Source: a virus. From it: a stretch of 64,000 bases of DNA. The notes under the pieces were generated by a model that was not told where the DNA came from, made no database searches, and was given only the letters and a program-made list of their open reading frames with translations. The stretch spans positions 31,648 through 95,647 of IMG/VR virus record IMGVR_UViG_3300042691_027063; one strand, 5' to 3'. Every line of letters begins with the position of its first letter. Positions within the stretch are counted from its first letter, which is position 1. Below, piece by piece: positions 1 through 9,218 of this stretch. The position numbers and the translations under genes were made by a program.

Positions 1-163
1 TCCAATTATAACTATTCCAATAACCGCTGCGGGAGAAAATATACAGGCAACTCCCCAAGAAATCCACATTACACTTACCGCCGTGTATTTATTCATAACC
101 ATCCTATGTGTACAAGTTCACTAGCCGCCATAACTCTCATTCGCTTACGCCTAGTCTGCAAGT

Positions 164-193
164 ATAATATCATGGTTTTTGCCTGCATGTCAA
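164..193 (-). promoter_or_regulatory. sigma70-type promoter
   Basis: TTGACA-18-TATTAT with upstream TG, minus strand. Confidence 0.6.
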
Positions 194-253
194 GCTCGTA
201 GCATCCAGTGAATAGAAGTAGCTCGTTGTTCTTTGGGCAGTAGAGTATTTCGG

Positions 254-472
254 TCATTTTTTAAGAACCTTTAAAAACTCTTTAGCTTGCTGTTTAACCG
301 TTCCCTCAACTAATTTAGGAGGATTGTTTTGTGTAAAAAATTCAAGAAACGCAATCGTCTCATCAAGGCTAGTGTCACATTCTTGAATTAGAATGGAAAC
401 TTCTTTATGATCCATAAGTTCTGGATTAAAAAGACCTCCAGCTTGTAAATAATTTTTTATCTTACTCTTCAT
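254..472 (-). CDS. hypothetical protein
   Basis: 72 aa ORF with AGGAG SD. Confidence 0.6.
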   Translation of the reverse strand: MKSKIKNYLQAGGLFNPELMDHKEVSILIQECDTSLDETIAFLEFFTQNNPPKLVEGTVKQQAKEFLKVLKK

Positions 473-499
473 TTCTCACTCCTATTAAAAAGGATTTAA

Positions 500-612
500 A
501 GGCTGGTCTATGCTCGCTCTCAACCATTTACCCAAGCCTCTGTTAGCCGCTTGGCACCTACCGTTTATCTAGAATTAGCTCGCAACCAAAAGGCTGCAAG
601 CCAAACGGCTCC
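500..612 (-). ncRNA. candidate structured 5' leader RNA
   Basis: Stems GCCGTTT/AAACGGT, GGCTTGCAGCC/GGTTGCGAGCT, CCAAGC/GCTTGG, GGTTG/CAGCC with several G-U pairs; lies between a promoter and gene 254..472. Confidence 0.45.
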
Positions 613-617
613 TAGAA

Positions 618-2801
618 TCATCCTACATTATACTGAGACATATTGTCAAGCGAATTTTTAAGAATAGCGTATTTTTTCTTTAGGCTATAGTTAGTGAAAA
701 GATCATCAACTGGTAGGATTGTTTCAAAGGTTTGACTGGTCATATACAGTTTTTTAAGCAGAGTTGCTTTATCGTGGTCATTATTGTAATTTTCGACTAG
801 GGAAAGCGATCCATCTTCTTTGTAATATAGATAGATTTTATCTCCCTCAACATAGTTAGAACCAGCTAGAGCATCTCTGACTTTAGCTTCGTTAGTTCTT
901 TCGTTCTTAAGAATCTTGTCTGTAATTGTCTTCTTATGTGACCATCGAATAATGTCCTTGACATTCATAATTTCAAGAATATACTCATTGTAAAGATCGA
1001 TGCATTTATCATGGATTACAGAGGTTTCTTTGTTATTCAAGATAATGTCAATTACACGCTGAATGAACTCCTTAAGAGCTGGTTCTTTTTGGGTAGCTTT
1101 AATTGCAGACCCCTTATACTTAAGTTTTTTACCATCCCAAAGGATATAGTTTTTAGCTTTAACTACGATAAAAGTAGGATAAAATCCATCATCTTCCCAA
1201 GAAATTTTGTCAGGAGTTAAGGCATTAATTCCATCAATAATGAAGTTCTTTTCATCTTCTGACATATCTTCTTGATCCGCCCGACATACAGAAACAGAGT
1301 CAGTATCACAGTTAACTAATGTATAATTATTTTCTGCAGACCACTCAATCGCTCCAGTTAAAATTTCACGACCTTTCGCAGTAATAAATGCTGCTTTAGA
1401 TGGAGAGTTAAATAGAAGTCCGGCAGTTCCTAGAAATCCATAGCAAGAGTTAATGAAGATTTTTTCAGCTGCTTGCATATCGTCGTAATATTTGTCTGTC
1501 TTTGCTAGCTTTTTGTGCTCCAAACGACGGGCAGTAAAAGTCGAAACGAGGGTTTTAAAGTATTCTCTTGGGTCTTTATCTTTGTCAAAGACTTCATACT
1601 GAATCATGATAGAAGGGTAAAGAGATGCAACGTCGAGCTTGAAAACGTTACGGTAGATTCCCGGATTTCCAATAGAGATAGCACCCTCGTATTCTTCAGC
1701 TTCGCTTGCTTTTGGTAGGCTGTGTCTATCCTGTAAATAAGCTCGCATCATGATGGTATTGATCTGACCACCAGTGGCAGATTCAAACATCATCTGGAAG
1801 GGTTTAGCAACGCTCTGAGTCATATAAAAGAATGGTGCGATCATTAGGTCATAAAGAGCCAGCGCATCGTCGGCATCGTCTTTACAATATTCTTTAATTA
1901 CTTCCCAATGATCTGCTTTTTCGTAATTGAAGCGGATTTGACTTGCATCATAGAAAACTCGTCCTGGCTTTTCTAGTCCCTCTTGTGCGATGATTTTCTT
2001 AAGTCCGTATGATTCATACTTACGACCAACATCATATCGGTAAGAAAGAAACATTGTGTCAATGATTTCTCTTCCCCAAATATGACATTTATGGTAATGA
2101 AGGTCTTTTGTCCCGTCTACTCTAAATTTTGACTCGTATTCTTCAATTTCAATTGGGTTGTCGTTTCTCCCCAATGTAAGATTCCTTCCATACAATGTAG
2201 CGCAGTGGTTAAGGTAAGGTATGTCAAACCCAAAGATATTGTGACCGATAATAATAGAAGGATCGACTTCTTGAACCCACTTACACCATGCTTCAATCAT
2301 ATCTCCATTGTTTTCATATTCGTCGTATGCGAATAGCTTTTTCTGAACCCCATCTACTGAACGAAATGTGTTTGAAATTAAAAGAACTTTTGACTCACTG
2401 TCATGAGAAAGCCCGACAGTTTCAATATCAAAAGAAAGAACAGAAACTTCATTGGCTTTTAATCCTTTGAAGTATGTATAGCCATCTTTTACCATCAATG
2501 CTTCTTTTGCATTTTTGATTGAAAAGATATCTCTTGCGTAGTTTTTCTTTCTGTAATCTAGGAATTCATCTCGATTAGTGAATTGCTTGCCCCACTTGTA
2601 ATAAAGATCGCCATCTAATCTATTAAAAGATTTGTCGAGATTATACGGTGCAAGAACCCAAAACTTATTTGGGACAATCTTTACATCTTTTAATCCATCT
2701 GGGAATTCACGAAATAGATAAGCTTTTTCATTTTCAACCTCAATTGATACAATGTATTCAACATCTGATTTTCCATAAATCAATCGAGCCTCTTTATTCA
2801 T
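618..2801 (-). CDS. polB: DNA polymerase family B with 3'-5' exonuclease
   Basis: Exo motifs FDIET, HNIFGFDIPY, YCKDD; polymerase motifs DVASLYPS, KIFINSCYG, DTDS. Confidence 0.95.
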   Translation of the reverse strand: MNKEARLIYGKSDVEYIVSIEVENEKAYLFREFPDGLKDVKIVPNKFWVLAPYNLDKSFNRLDGDLYYKWGKQFTNRDEFLDYRKKNYARDIFSIKNAKEALMVKDGYTYFKGLKANEVSVLSFDIETVGLSHDSESKVLLISNTFRSVDGVQKKLFAYDEYENNGDMIEAWCKWVQEVDPSIIIGHNIFGFDIPYLNHCATLYGRNLTLGRNDNPIEIEEYESKFRVDGTKDLHYHKCHIWGREIIDTMFLSYRYDVGRKYESYGLKKIIAQEGLEKPGRVFYDASQIRFNYEKADHWEVIKEYCKDDADDALALYDLMIAPFFYMTQSVAKPFQMMFESATGGQINTIMMRAYLQDRHSLPKASEAEEYEGAISIGNPGIYRNVFKLDVASLYPSIMIQYEVFDKDKDPREYFKTLVSTFTARRLEHKKLAKTDKYYDDMQAAEKIFINSCYGFLGTAGLLFNSPSKAAFITAKGREILTGAIEWSAENNYTLVNCDTDSVSVCRADQEDMSEDEKNFIIDGINALTPDKISWEDDGFYPTFIVVKAKNYILWDGKKLKYKGSAIKATQKEPALKEFIQRVIDIILNNKETSVIHDKCIDLYNEYILEIMNVKDIIRWSHKKTITDKILKNERTNEAKVRDALAGSNYVEGDKIYLYYKEDGSLSLVENYNNDHDKATLLKKLYMTSQTFETILPVDDLFTNYSLKKKYAILKNSLDNMSQYNVG
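620..649 (-). promoter_or_regulatory. sigma70-type promoter inside the 3' end of polB
   Basis: TTGACA-18-TAGGAT. Confidence 0.45.
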
Positions 2802-3382
2802 ACTATCTCCAAAATTAAATTATTACTTTTTTTTAAATTTTCATTTTCTGTAATAATTCTAAGGTTCCAGGGAACATGCAATCCACATACATTTTTTCCT
2901 TGTAGTGGTATTATATGATCAACATTATGTCTTGTTCCGGTGGATATTGTCAAGTGTTTACTTTCTTTATATAAAAGTTCAATTTCTTTAAGTTGTTCTA
3001 ATGAAAGCCATTTAGGAGTTGCGTTTAATTTTATTCCTCTTCTCTTATTGACTTTTGCTGTCAATTTCCACGGATATTTTTTAGCATAATTTTTGTTATT
3101 ATTTTTAACCTTTTCTGGATATTTTTTAGCCCATTTTTCAAAAACATACTTAGATTTTTCTGGATTTCTTTTTCTCCATTTCCTAGAATATTCAGCATAC
3201 TTTTCTTTATTTTTAATCTTGTATTCTTTTTGTTTGTTTTTTATTTTATCCTTATTTTCATCCCTGTACTTTTTTTTGCATTTTTTACAATCACAAGCAT
3301 AACCGGATTTTTGGTTTTTATCTTTATGAAAAAAAGTAATGTCTAATAATAACTTACACTTACTACAATATTTTTGGTTCAT
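2798..3382 (-). CDS. HNH homing endonuclease
   Basis: N-terminal CxxC pairs, ATPKWL, VDHIIPLQGKNVCGLHVPWNL; stop overlaps polB start. Confidence 0.9.
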   Translation of the reverse strand: MNQKYCSKCKLLLDITFFHKDKNQKSGYACDCKKCKKKYRDENKDKIKNKQKEYKIKNKEKYAEYSRKWRKRNPEKSKYVFEKWAKKYPEKVKNNNKNYAKKYPWKLTAKVNKRRGIKLNATPKWLSLEQLKEIELLYKESKHLTISTGTRHNVDHIIPLQGKNVCGLHVPWNLRIITENENLKKSNNLILEIV

Positions 3383-3403
3383 AAATTAGCTTATCATACT
3401 TCA

Positions 3404-3592
3404 TTAATGTTTCCCCTCAATTTCAGCTTGTAGAGCTTGCATTGCTAGACCAAACCAATTGTCATCACCATCATTGATAGTAATTTCAAAGTCGCCATTG
3501 ATCTGAAACTTTTCCTGCATTTCTTGTGGTGTGTAGAATTCGCCTTTATACTCAATAAGGCGATTCATGTCTTTAAATTTAATAACTTTCAT
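3404..3592 (-). CDS. hypothetical protein
   Basis: 62 aa ORF with AAGGA SD, downstream of a promoter. Confidence 0.6.
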   Translation of the reverse strand: MKVIKFKDMNRLIEYKGEFYTPQEMQEKFQINGDFEITINDGDDNWFGLAMQALQAEIEGKH

Positions 3593-3639
3593 AATATCCT
3601 TTTATTGGACTGGATTAAACGTTCAGCGTCCAATAAGAA

Positions 3640-3668
3640 ATAGTAGCATGTATTTTGGAGTTTGTCAA
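3640..3668 (-). promoter_or_regulatory. sigma70-type promoter
   Basis: TTGACA-17-TACTAT with extended TG. Confidence 0.7.
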
Positions 3669-3716
3669 GATTAAATAATATATCAAAAGTGATATTCTAC
3701 TTTTGTATAGAGTATA

Positions 3717-3863
3717 TTATTTATCTTTATATTTAGGTTTTTTGCTGCCGTGCTTTTTATATTTCTTATTACATCCCTTATGTGGAGGACATATTGCGCA
3801 ATGAATTCCGCTTTTTAGCTTATGTTTGATTTTTAGGACTCGGCTATTTGTTTCTTCTTTCAT
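3717..3863 (-). CDS. small basic Cys/His protein (not in ORF track)
   Basis: MKEETNSRVLKIKHKLKSGIHCAICPPHKGCNKK..., 48 aa, fills the intergenic gap. Confidence 0.5.
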   Translation of the reverse strand: MKEETNSRVLKIKHKLKSGIHCAICPPHKGCNKKYKKHGSKKPKYKDK

Positions 3864-3867
3864 AGAA

Positions 3868-3907
3868 AATGACTAGCAGCCACCTCACAACTGGGTATGT
3901 GACACCT
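3868..3907 (-). ncRNA. repeated structured RNA motif, copy 1
   Basis: AGGTGTCACATACC-C-AGTTGTGAGGTG plus hairpin GTGGC/GTCAT; second copy at 27612-27695. Confidence 0.5.
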
Positions 3908-3915
3908 CGGGGGGA

Positions 3916-4107
3916 TTAGAAAACGCGGAGACTGACTCCGTAGCGAGAAGCTACATTCTTAACTGTTTTGACAGGACGATGAATAATTGCAGCAATACTT
4001 TTTGCTGTTAGCGTTCCAGCATTAAATAGAATAAAATTTACAGTTCCTGGTGTTAGTTTTTTACCAAGTTTGGTTGCTTTACCATTTACATTAGAAAAAC
4101 GACGCAT
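3916..4107 (-). CDS. small basic HTH-like DNA-binding protein
   Basis: LTAKSIAAIIHRPVKTVKNVASRYGVSL resembles a helix-turn-helix; AAGGAG SD before ATG 4107. Confidence 0.55.
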   Translation of the reverse strand: MRRFSNVNGKATKLGKKLTPGTVNFILFNAGTLTAKSIAAIIHRPVKTVKNVASRYGVSLRVF

Positions 4108-4140
4108 AGATACTCCTTTGTTTGGTTTACTAATCATATA

Positions 4141-4347
4141 TTACTTCTTCTTAGTTGTCAACTTCTTTTTTGGTTTTTTGAATTCAAGCAAGTTCTTAGC
4201 TGGATTTTCAGATGCAAGAACCCAATCTTCAGCCATTACATCAGCTTGGCTATATCCAATTCCTCCCACCATGGGTACAATATATACGAAATTGTCATGT
4301 TTTCGCTTATGTGGCTTTCCTGTTTTAATCGCCTCTATTAATGTCAT
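4141..4347 (-). CDS. DUF2829/Tad2-like protein
   Basis: N-terminal LIEAIKTGKPHKR and C-terminal SQADVMAEDW match the recalled family pattern. Confidence 0.5.
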   Translation of the reverse strand: MTLIEAIKTGKPHKRKHDNFVYIVPMVGGIGYSQADVMAEDWVLASENPAKNLLEFKKPKKKLTTKKK

Positions 4348-4559
4348 TCGTCCTCCCAATAGTGATCTTCGCCTGTAAGTATGTTCATGGGTGCTTTTGG
4401 TGGCAACATACCAAATTCTTCTATAAACTCTAAAATTTGCGAAGCGTCGCTATATTGTGCTGTTTCAAATTCAGAAATAGCAGTAGCTCCATTATCTTTA
4501 CCTAAATCTAAGTGTATTAATTTTGATAGAATTAATTCAACAGCTTCACTTCTCTTCAT
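4344..4559 (-). CDS. hypothetical protein, paralog of 4546..4743
   Basis: MKRS.AVE...GMLPP...W shared with the neighbour. Confidence 0.65.
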   Translation of the reverse strand: MKRSEAVELILSKLIHLDLGKDNGATAISEFETAQYSDASQILEFIEEFGMLPPKAPMNILTGEDHYWEDE

Positions 4560-4743
4560 CTTCAGGCTCCCATTTATGTGCATATCTAACGTGCTCTAAA
4601 TCAAAAATGAAATTTGGATCATGCTCTGGAGGAAGCATTCCTATATTTTCTAATGTTCTTAAAACATCTTCACAAGTTTCGTAAGAAACTCCAATCGGTC
4701 CTAATCTTTTAAATATAAACTCCACAGCTAAACTACGTTTCAT
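4546..4743 (-). CDS. hypothetical protein, paralog of 4344..4559
   Basis: MKRS.AVE...GMLPP...W. Confidence 0.65.
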   Translation of the reverse strand: MKRSLAVEFIFKRLGPIGVSYETCEDVLRTLENIGMLPPEHDPNFIFDLEHVRYAHKWEPEDEEK

Positions 4744-4945
4744 TTTTTCTCTTTAATTTTCTTTTTCTGTGTTTTTGTGATTTTCTTTTTTTCTTATTTT
4801 TAAATAACTTAGAAACCTCTTCGCAGTCATCTAAAAATTGAGTCCCACTATTAATCTTTCCACTTTTTCTATCTTTTTCAAATTCATCCAAAATCCTCTT
4901 ACTGTGTAAAGCTAAAATTTTGTGCATATCTTCAATATCGGACAT
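4733..4945 (-). CDS. hypothetical protein with basic C-terminus
   Basis: ORF coupled to the helicase stop (TAATG). Confidence 0.55.
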   Translation of the reverse strand: MSDIEDMHKILALHSKRILDEFEKDRKSGKINSGTQFLDDCEEVSKLFKNKKKRKSQKHRKRKLKRKNET

Positions 4946-6876
4946 TATTCCCACCCGTCCTTCGATCCTTCTTTTGTTGCATCTTTTAATTTCATAAGCT
5001 GTTTAAGCTCATCTTTCTCATGATCTTCCAAAGTGAAGATTTCGCCAGTCTTACCATGCCATCCCATTTCGAAGCGATCTAGTTCACCCAAGTCATTTTT
5101 AAGAATATTAATTACCATGTATTTATCAAGCTCTTTCGTAGCTGGTGTGTAAAATGGACGACTGAGACTAATAATTCCTCGGAATGATTGATACAAGAAA
5201 GAACTTCCTTTAATAGAAGTATATGATTTGATCTCTGTATCTGGTCCCCCACCTAGAGCAAACTTGTTCGGCTGACATAGAGTGATTGCTGCAACGTCTA
5301 GGTCATTAACCATATCCTGAATTTGGCTTGCAACTTTCTTACTTGCTGCAGTATCTTCTGATACATCACACTGAATACGCTCGAAATAGTCGAACATAAC
5401 CATCTTTACTTTCTGACCAGTCTTAGCTTCTACCGAAAGAACGTAGTTTTTAATATCTTCAACTGTGGCAGAGCTACGATCATAGAACCAAACATTACCA
5501 TAATGCTTTCTAACAAGGTCAGTGATCTTCTTTCCTCGTCCTTCTTTAAATTCCTTATATACATCTTCTCTTGAAAGACCTGTGACGTTATATACAACCT
5601 TCTCAAAAAGACGATTACGGTGCATATCCAAGCTTGCAAACACTGTTGGAATACCTTGCTCTGAGTTATAACGTAAGATTTTAAGAGCCAATGCCGTTTT
5701 ACCTGCACCGGCAGCAGCAACCACCCCAATATTACTACCTACAGTAATTGGAATTGTCTTGTCTAGCTCAGGAATACCTGTTTTAATTGTATTCTTTTCA
5801 ATATGCTTCAAGTAGTGGGTGAAGCCAGCTTCAATTCCATCTAAAGTTGCTGGACCTTCTTCTTCGTGAGTAGTAATACCCATCTTTTTAGCGTACTGAG
5901 CTAGCCAGTTATTTGGATCGCGAGTTGTAAATTGACCGCCCTTCCAGTTAGGACCATATACTTGATTGATAATTAGATCAATTTCGCGCTCAGGAAATAC
6001 ATCTTCTCCAGTTCTTTGTGATTGAAGCTCTGCTGCGCCAGAAAGCATACCCTTTGTCACTTCGTATGGGTAATTTAGATTGTGTAGGGTTGATGCTAGG
6101 CATAGCATCGAGTGATTTCTCTCCCCACTACGGAAAAATCCATTCATCAAAAGCCAGCGAACTTCATCAATTCCTTTAGGACGAGCCTTCATATCGATTG
6201 TTGAAATATCGAATGTTAGTTCCTGCGCAATTGTCTCAATTGTCTTTTCTGCCATTGGCTTTAGGTCTTTCAAATCATTTGGAAGCTGGGCAATCTTAAT
6301 CATTCGTTCAACTTTCCTTGGTGTTTTAGCCATTAGCTTAATATCATCTAGTGTTGTGTTAGCAAGTTCCTCTGGAGTCAAAGGAATTTTGTAAAGCCCC
6401 GACTTTTGGTGTTTTGTGTTTGCAATTCTTACAATACGGTTAGGGTCATTCACCACAGTATCGAATGTTTTTAGGTCTCCCGCAATCTCAAACACAATTG
6501 ACTTGAACTTGTCTGGTGTGATATTCTCATCTAGCTCAAGTTCCAAGCTAAATCCCTTATTGCCAGTGAAATAGCAGGAAATTTGATCCTCCTCAAAGCC
6601 TCTTGTAAGGAGTCGGTTGGCTGTTTCCAGAGCATCTTGACGAGCTAGCTCAATATCATCCTTGCTGTCAAAATCAAAGTAAAGTGTGTTTGTTAGAGTG
6701 TCGCGGATACCGCTGACAGTTCCAGTTTCTTCAATTTGTTTCTTTTGATTCTCATTGTACTTATACAAACTACGATACCAGTCTGAGCTTTTTGTAATTA
6801 GCTTAGAAAGGTCTGAGTTTTCTGGTACAAGTTTTGGTTTTGATCCGAGTCCGTTGCGAATGTTTAAATACATCAT
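4945..6876 (-). CDS. AEP primase-polymerase fused to SF4 (DnaB-like) helicase
   Basis: YFDFD, FTGNKGF, RIANTKHQKSG in the N-terminus; Walker A AAAGAGKT, FASLDM and MFDY in the C-terminus. Confidence 0.85.
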   Translation of the reverse strand: MMYLNIRNGLGSKPKLVPENSDLSKLITKSSDWYRSLYKYNENQKKQIEETGTVSGIRDTLTNTLYFDFDSKDDIELARQDALETANRLLTRGFEEDQISCYFTGNKGFSLELELDENITPDKFKSIVFEIAGDLKTFDTVVNDPNRIVRIANTKHQKSGLYKIPLTPEELANTTLDDIKLMAKTPRKVERMIKIAQLPNDLKDLKPMAEKTIETIAQELTFDISTIDMKARPKGIDEVRWLLMNGFFRSGERNHSMLCLASTLHNLNYPYEVTKGMLSGAAELQSQRTGEDVFPEREIDLIINQVYGPNWKGGQFTTRDPNNWLAQYAKKMGITTHEEEGPATLDGIEAGFTHYLKHIEKNTIKTGIPELDKTIPITVGSNIGVVAAAGAGKTALALKILRYNSEQGIPTVFASLDMHRNRLFEKVVYNVTGLSREDVYKEFKEGRGKKITDLVRKHYGNVWFYDRSSATVEDIKNYVLSVEAKTGQKVKMVMFDYFERIQCDVSEDTAASKKVASQIQDMVNDLDVAAITLCQPNKFALGGGPDTEIKSYTSIKGSSFLYQSFRGIISLSRPFYTPATKELDKYMVINILKNDLGELDRFEMGWHGKTGEIFTLEDHEKDELKQLMKLKDATKEGSKDGWE

Positions 6877-6909
6877 ATCCCCTCTTATGAAAGCTAAGGT
6901 CACTTTGGA

Positions 6910-6938
6910 ATATTATAATATAATCTTATTTTTGTCAA
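6910..6938 (-). promoter_or_regulatory. sigma70-type promoter for primase-helicase
   Basis: TTGACA-17-TAATAT. Confidence 0.65.
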
Positions 6939-7540
6939 GCGTTAAATTTATTCATTATGAAATTAAAAATAATCGCAGTATTTAGTGCATCGCTTTCTGC
7001 CCAATGTGATCCATACTGCTTTCCATTGTATTTAGTTGGCTGAAACTCAAGTCCAAGTTTTCTAAGGCTTTTCCCAAGTCCTCCCTGTGCTTTCAATCCA
7101 GCCTTGACTGCGTACAATTGGAATAGAACTTTAGCGTTGATCGTTGATCTAGCAAGTCCCGTTGCAATTCTAAACTCATCTTCAGACAAGCTAAGTTCAT
7201 TTCTAAGACAATTGATATCACCAGAACCCCACTCCACAATCTGTCTGCTAGTATTGTAGAATTCTCTCAGCCATTTAATGCTAGATACAACATCTACTAG
7301 AGTATTACTTGAATCATTAACTTGAAAGTCTTGAATTCCAGTTAGTGTTTTAATGAAGTTACTTAGTGGATATTCATATGAAACAAAGATCGTTCTCGAT
7401 TCTAGAACTGTAATTTCAGTTCCAAGCTCAAATACAACAAGTCCAACTTGAATAATTCTTTCTTGTTCTACAGCGGAATCTGGAGTTTGTGGGTTTGTTT
7501 TTGGTTGTTCTAGTTCTAGATCGATTGCGATAAATCTCAT
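6935..7540 (-). CDS. DEDDh 3'-5' exonuclease
   Basis: IDLELE, LTGI, WGSGD, HWAESDA. Confidence 0.85.
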   Translation of the reverse strand: MRFIAIDLELEQPKTNPQTPDSAVEQERIIQVGLVVFELGTEITVLESRTIFVSYEYPLSNFIKTLTGIQDFQVNDSSNTLVDVVSSIKWLREFYNTSRQIVEWGSGDINCLRNELSLSEDEFRIATGLARSTINAKVLFQLYAVKAGLKAQGGLGKSLRKLGLEFQPTKYNGKQYGSHWAESDALNTAIIFNFIMNKFNA

Positions 7541-7546
7541 GCTGAC

Positions 7547-7575
7547 ATAATAGCGTATAAATTGGATGTTGTCAA
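7547..7575 (-). promoter_or_regulatory. sigma70-type promoter, probably giving a leaderless mRNA
   Basis: TTGACA-17-TATTAT; expected +1 at about 7540, the ATG. Confidence 0.65.
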
Positions 7576-7576
7576 G

Positions 7577-7604
7577 AAAATAAAAAAGCCGGTTTTACCC
7601 GGCT
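7577..7604 (-). terminator. rho-independent terminator
   Basis: AGCCGG-GTAAAA-CCGGCT followed by a T tract. Confidence 0.8.
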
Positions 7605-7609
7605 CTTCT

Positions 7610-7894
7610 TTAGTTGTCTGTTACTTTGATTGCCTCGAAGGCTACAAACCCAGGCATGTTCTCGATACGCTCGATCGCTCGTTTGTATGTCTCTTCTGAC
7701 ATCTTCTCTCTATTAGCTTCCAAGCTAGCTTTTTTTAGCTGTTTGTTTTCAAGCCAGAGACGATCTCCTTTTTTAAAAGTAACATCTTCGCTGAACTTAA
7801 TATAGAACTCGCGAATCAAATTACCCTTCTCATCTCGGTACTTAAGTTTGTCTTCGTCTTTTTTAATCACAGTCGCAACTTGTCGTCTAGCCAT
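7610..7894 (-). CDS. hypothetical protein
   Basis: 94 aa ORF with GGAGG SD. Confidence 0.7.
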   Translation of the reverse strand: MARRQVATVIKKDEDKLKYRDEKGNLIREFYIKFSEDVTFKKGDRLWLENKQLKKASLEANREKMSEETYKRAIERIENMPGFVAFEAIKVTDN

Positions 7895-8339
7895 TGTTTT
7901 CCTCCGTTGTTTTCAATAGTTCCTGCTCTTGTTCTTCTGTAAGCTTGGCTTCAGCCGCAGCTACAATCTGTTCAAGATTATCCTTATAAACACTCATTTG
8001 CATAATGAACTTAGCTTCAATTAGAAAGTTAGCCAGTTGCATTACTGAATGCTCTGCTTCATTTGCAGCCTTAACGCTATCCTTTTCAAGCGGATAGAAA
8101 ATAAGGTAATCTAGGATACGACGAAGACTGCGCTTTGATAGCTTTGGTACAGCCATTTTGTAGTATGGTCCGTACATCGCATAAGCGGTAGCCGCCATCT
8201 CTGCTGGATCGTCTGCTCGCTCTTGAGCAGCCTTCACCATGAAGTCTTCTACTTCTTTACCTGTTAAGCCTAAATCGGCTAGATCGACCGGCTTTTCTTC
8301 TACTTCTTCAACACTTTCCACATTTGTTTCTTCTGACAT
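7887..8339 (-). CDS. hypothetical acidic protein
   Basis: ORF coupled to the erf gene. Confidence 0.7.
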   Translation of the reverse strand: MSEETNVESVEEVEEKPVDLADLGLTGKEVEDFMVKAAQERADDPAEMAATAYAMYGPYYKMAVPKLSKRSLRRILDYLIFYPLEKDSVKAANEAEHSVMQLANFLIEAKFIMQMSVYKDNLEQIVAAAEAKLTEEQEQELLKTTEENNG

Positions 8340-8341
8340 TT

Positions 8342-8890
8342 TTAGCTCCAAGAGTCTTCTGACCCAGTTGTTTCGACCTTATTTACATTAACTACTTCTT
8401 TTTTATTTGCTGCAACTCCGAAACCCTTTTTAGGTGCTTCGACTTTAGGTTGCTCAACTACCACAGGCTTGTTATTATTGACATTGTTGTTTTTAAATCC
8501 GTCGCTGGATGCGTCATTGTCTTCAGTTGGAAGACCAGTCAATGCCTGTAGCTGATATCTCTTCAAGTATGATTGGGCTGCTCCTGCTCGTTGTGCTTCA
8601 TTACAACCTCGCATCTCAGGAATTCCTGTAGAGCCAGTTGAACCAATATACTGACCAGATGAATGAATAAGTAGAGTTGTAACCTTTACTGTATTAGCAT
8701 CCGAATCTTCAATCAGTTGAGTGAAGCTAATTCCATGCTTGTTAAGTGCTGGCTTTACAGCTTCAATAACTGCACCTAGATCAGCGTACTTGTAAGCGTG
8801 TGCTTTGCTATCTTTAATAGCAGAAGTCATTTCTGTTTGTGCCTTAACCAAGGCTGTTGCTAGTTCATTAATGTTTTCTGATTTAATCAT
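8342..8890 (-). CDS. erf: ERF-family ssDNA annealing protein
   Basis: LVKAQ, YKYADL, LIHSSGQYI, GAAQSYLKRYQL. Confidence 0.85.
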   Translation of the reverse strand: MIKSENINELATALVKAQTEMTSAIKDSKAHAYKYADLGAVIEAVKPALNKHGISFTQLIEDSDANTVKVTTLLIHSSGQYIGSTGSTGIPEMRGCNEAQRAGAAQSYLKRYQLQALTGLPTEDNDASSDGFKNNNVNNNKPVVVEQPKVEAPKKGFGVAANKKEVVNVNKVETTGSEDSWS

Positions 8891-8907
8891 ATATTTCCCT
8901 CCCTATA

Positions 8908-9099
8908 TTAATAAATAGCTCGCTTTACTAGACGACCATCGGCTTGTGGTGCTGGTTCAGTTTCTCTAATTGGTCGAAGACGTAGCATCAAATAAGTCGA
9001 ATTATTAGCTGTGAACTGATAATCGAATACATAACCATTGCTCAACAATTCGTTAACCTCTGTCAATGTTTCATCGGACAGCTTTACGATTTTTGTCAT
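8908..9099 (-). CDS. hypothetical protein
   Basis: 63 aa ORF with AAGGA SD. Confidence 0.6.
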   Translation of the reverse strand: MTKIVKLSDETLTEVNELLSNGYVFDYQFTANNSTYLMLRLRPIRETEPAPQADGRLVKRAIY

Positions 9100-9177
9100 T
9101 TAACATCCTTTGTGATAAAATATAAATTCGGATTCTCATGCGAGAATTGAAATCTTTGAAAATCAAATCTCCTGTGC

Positions 9178-9207
9178 ATAATACATCAGGAGATGGTATG
9201 TTGTCAA
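9178..9207 (-). promoter_or_regulatory. sigma70-type promoter
   Basis: TTGACA-18-TATTAT. Confidence 0.65.
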
Positions 9208-9218
9208 CAATTTTATTT

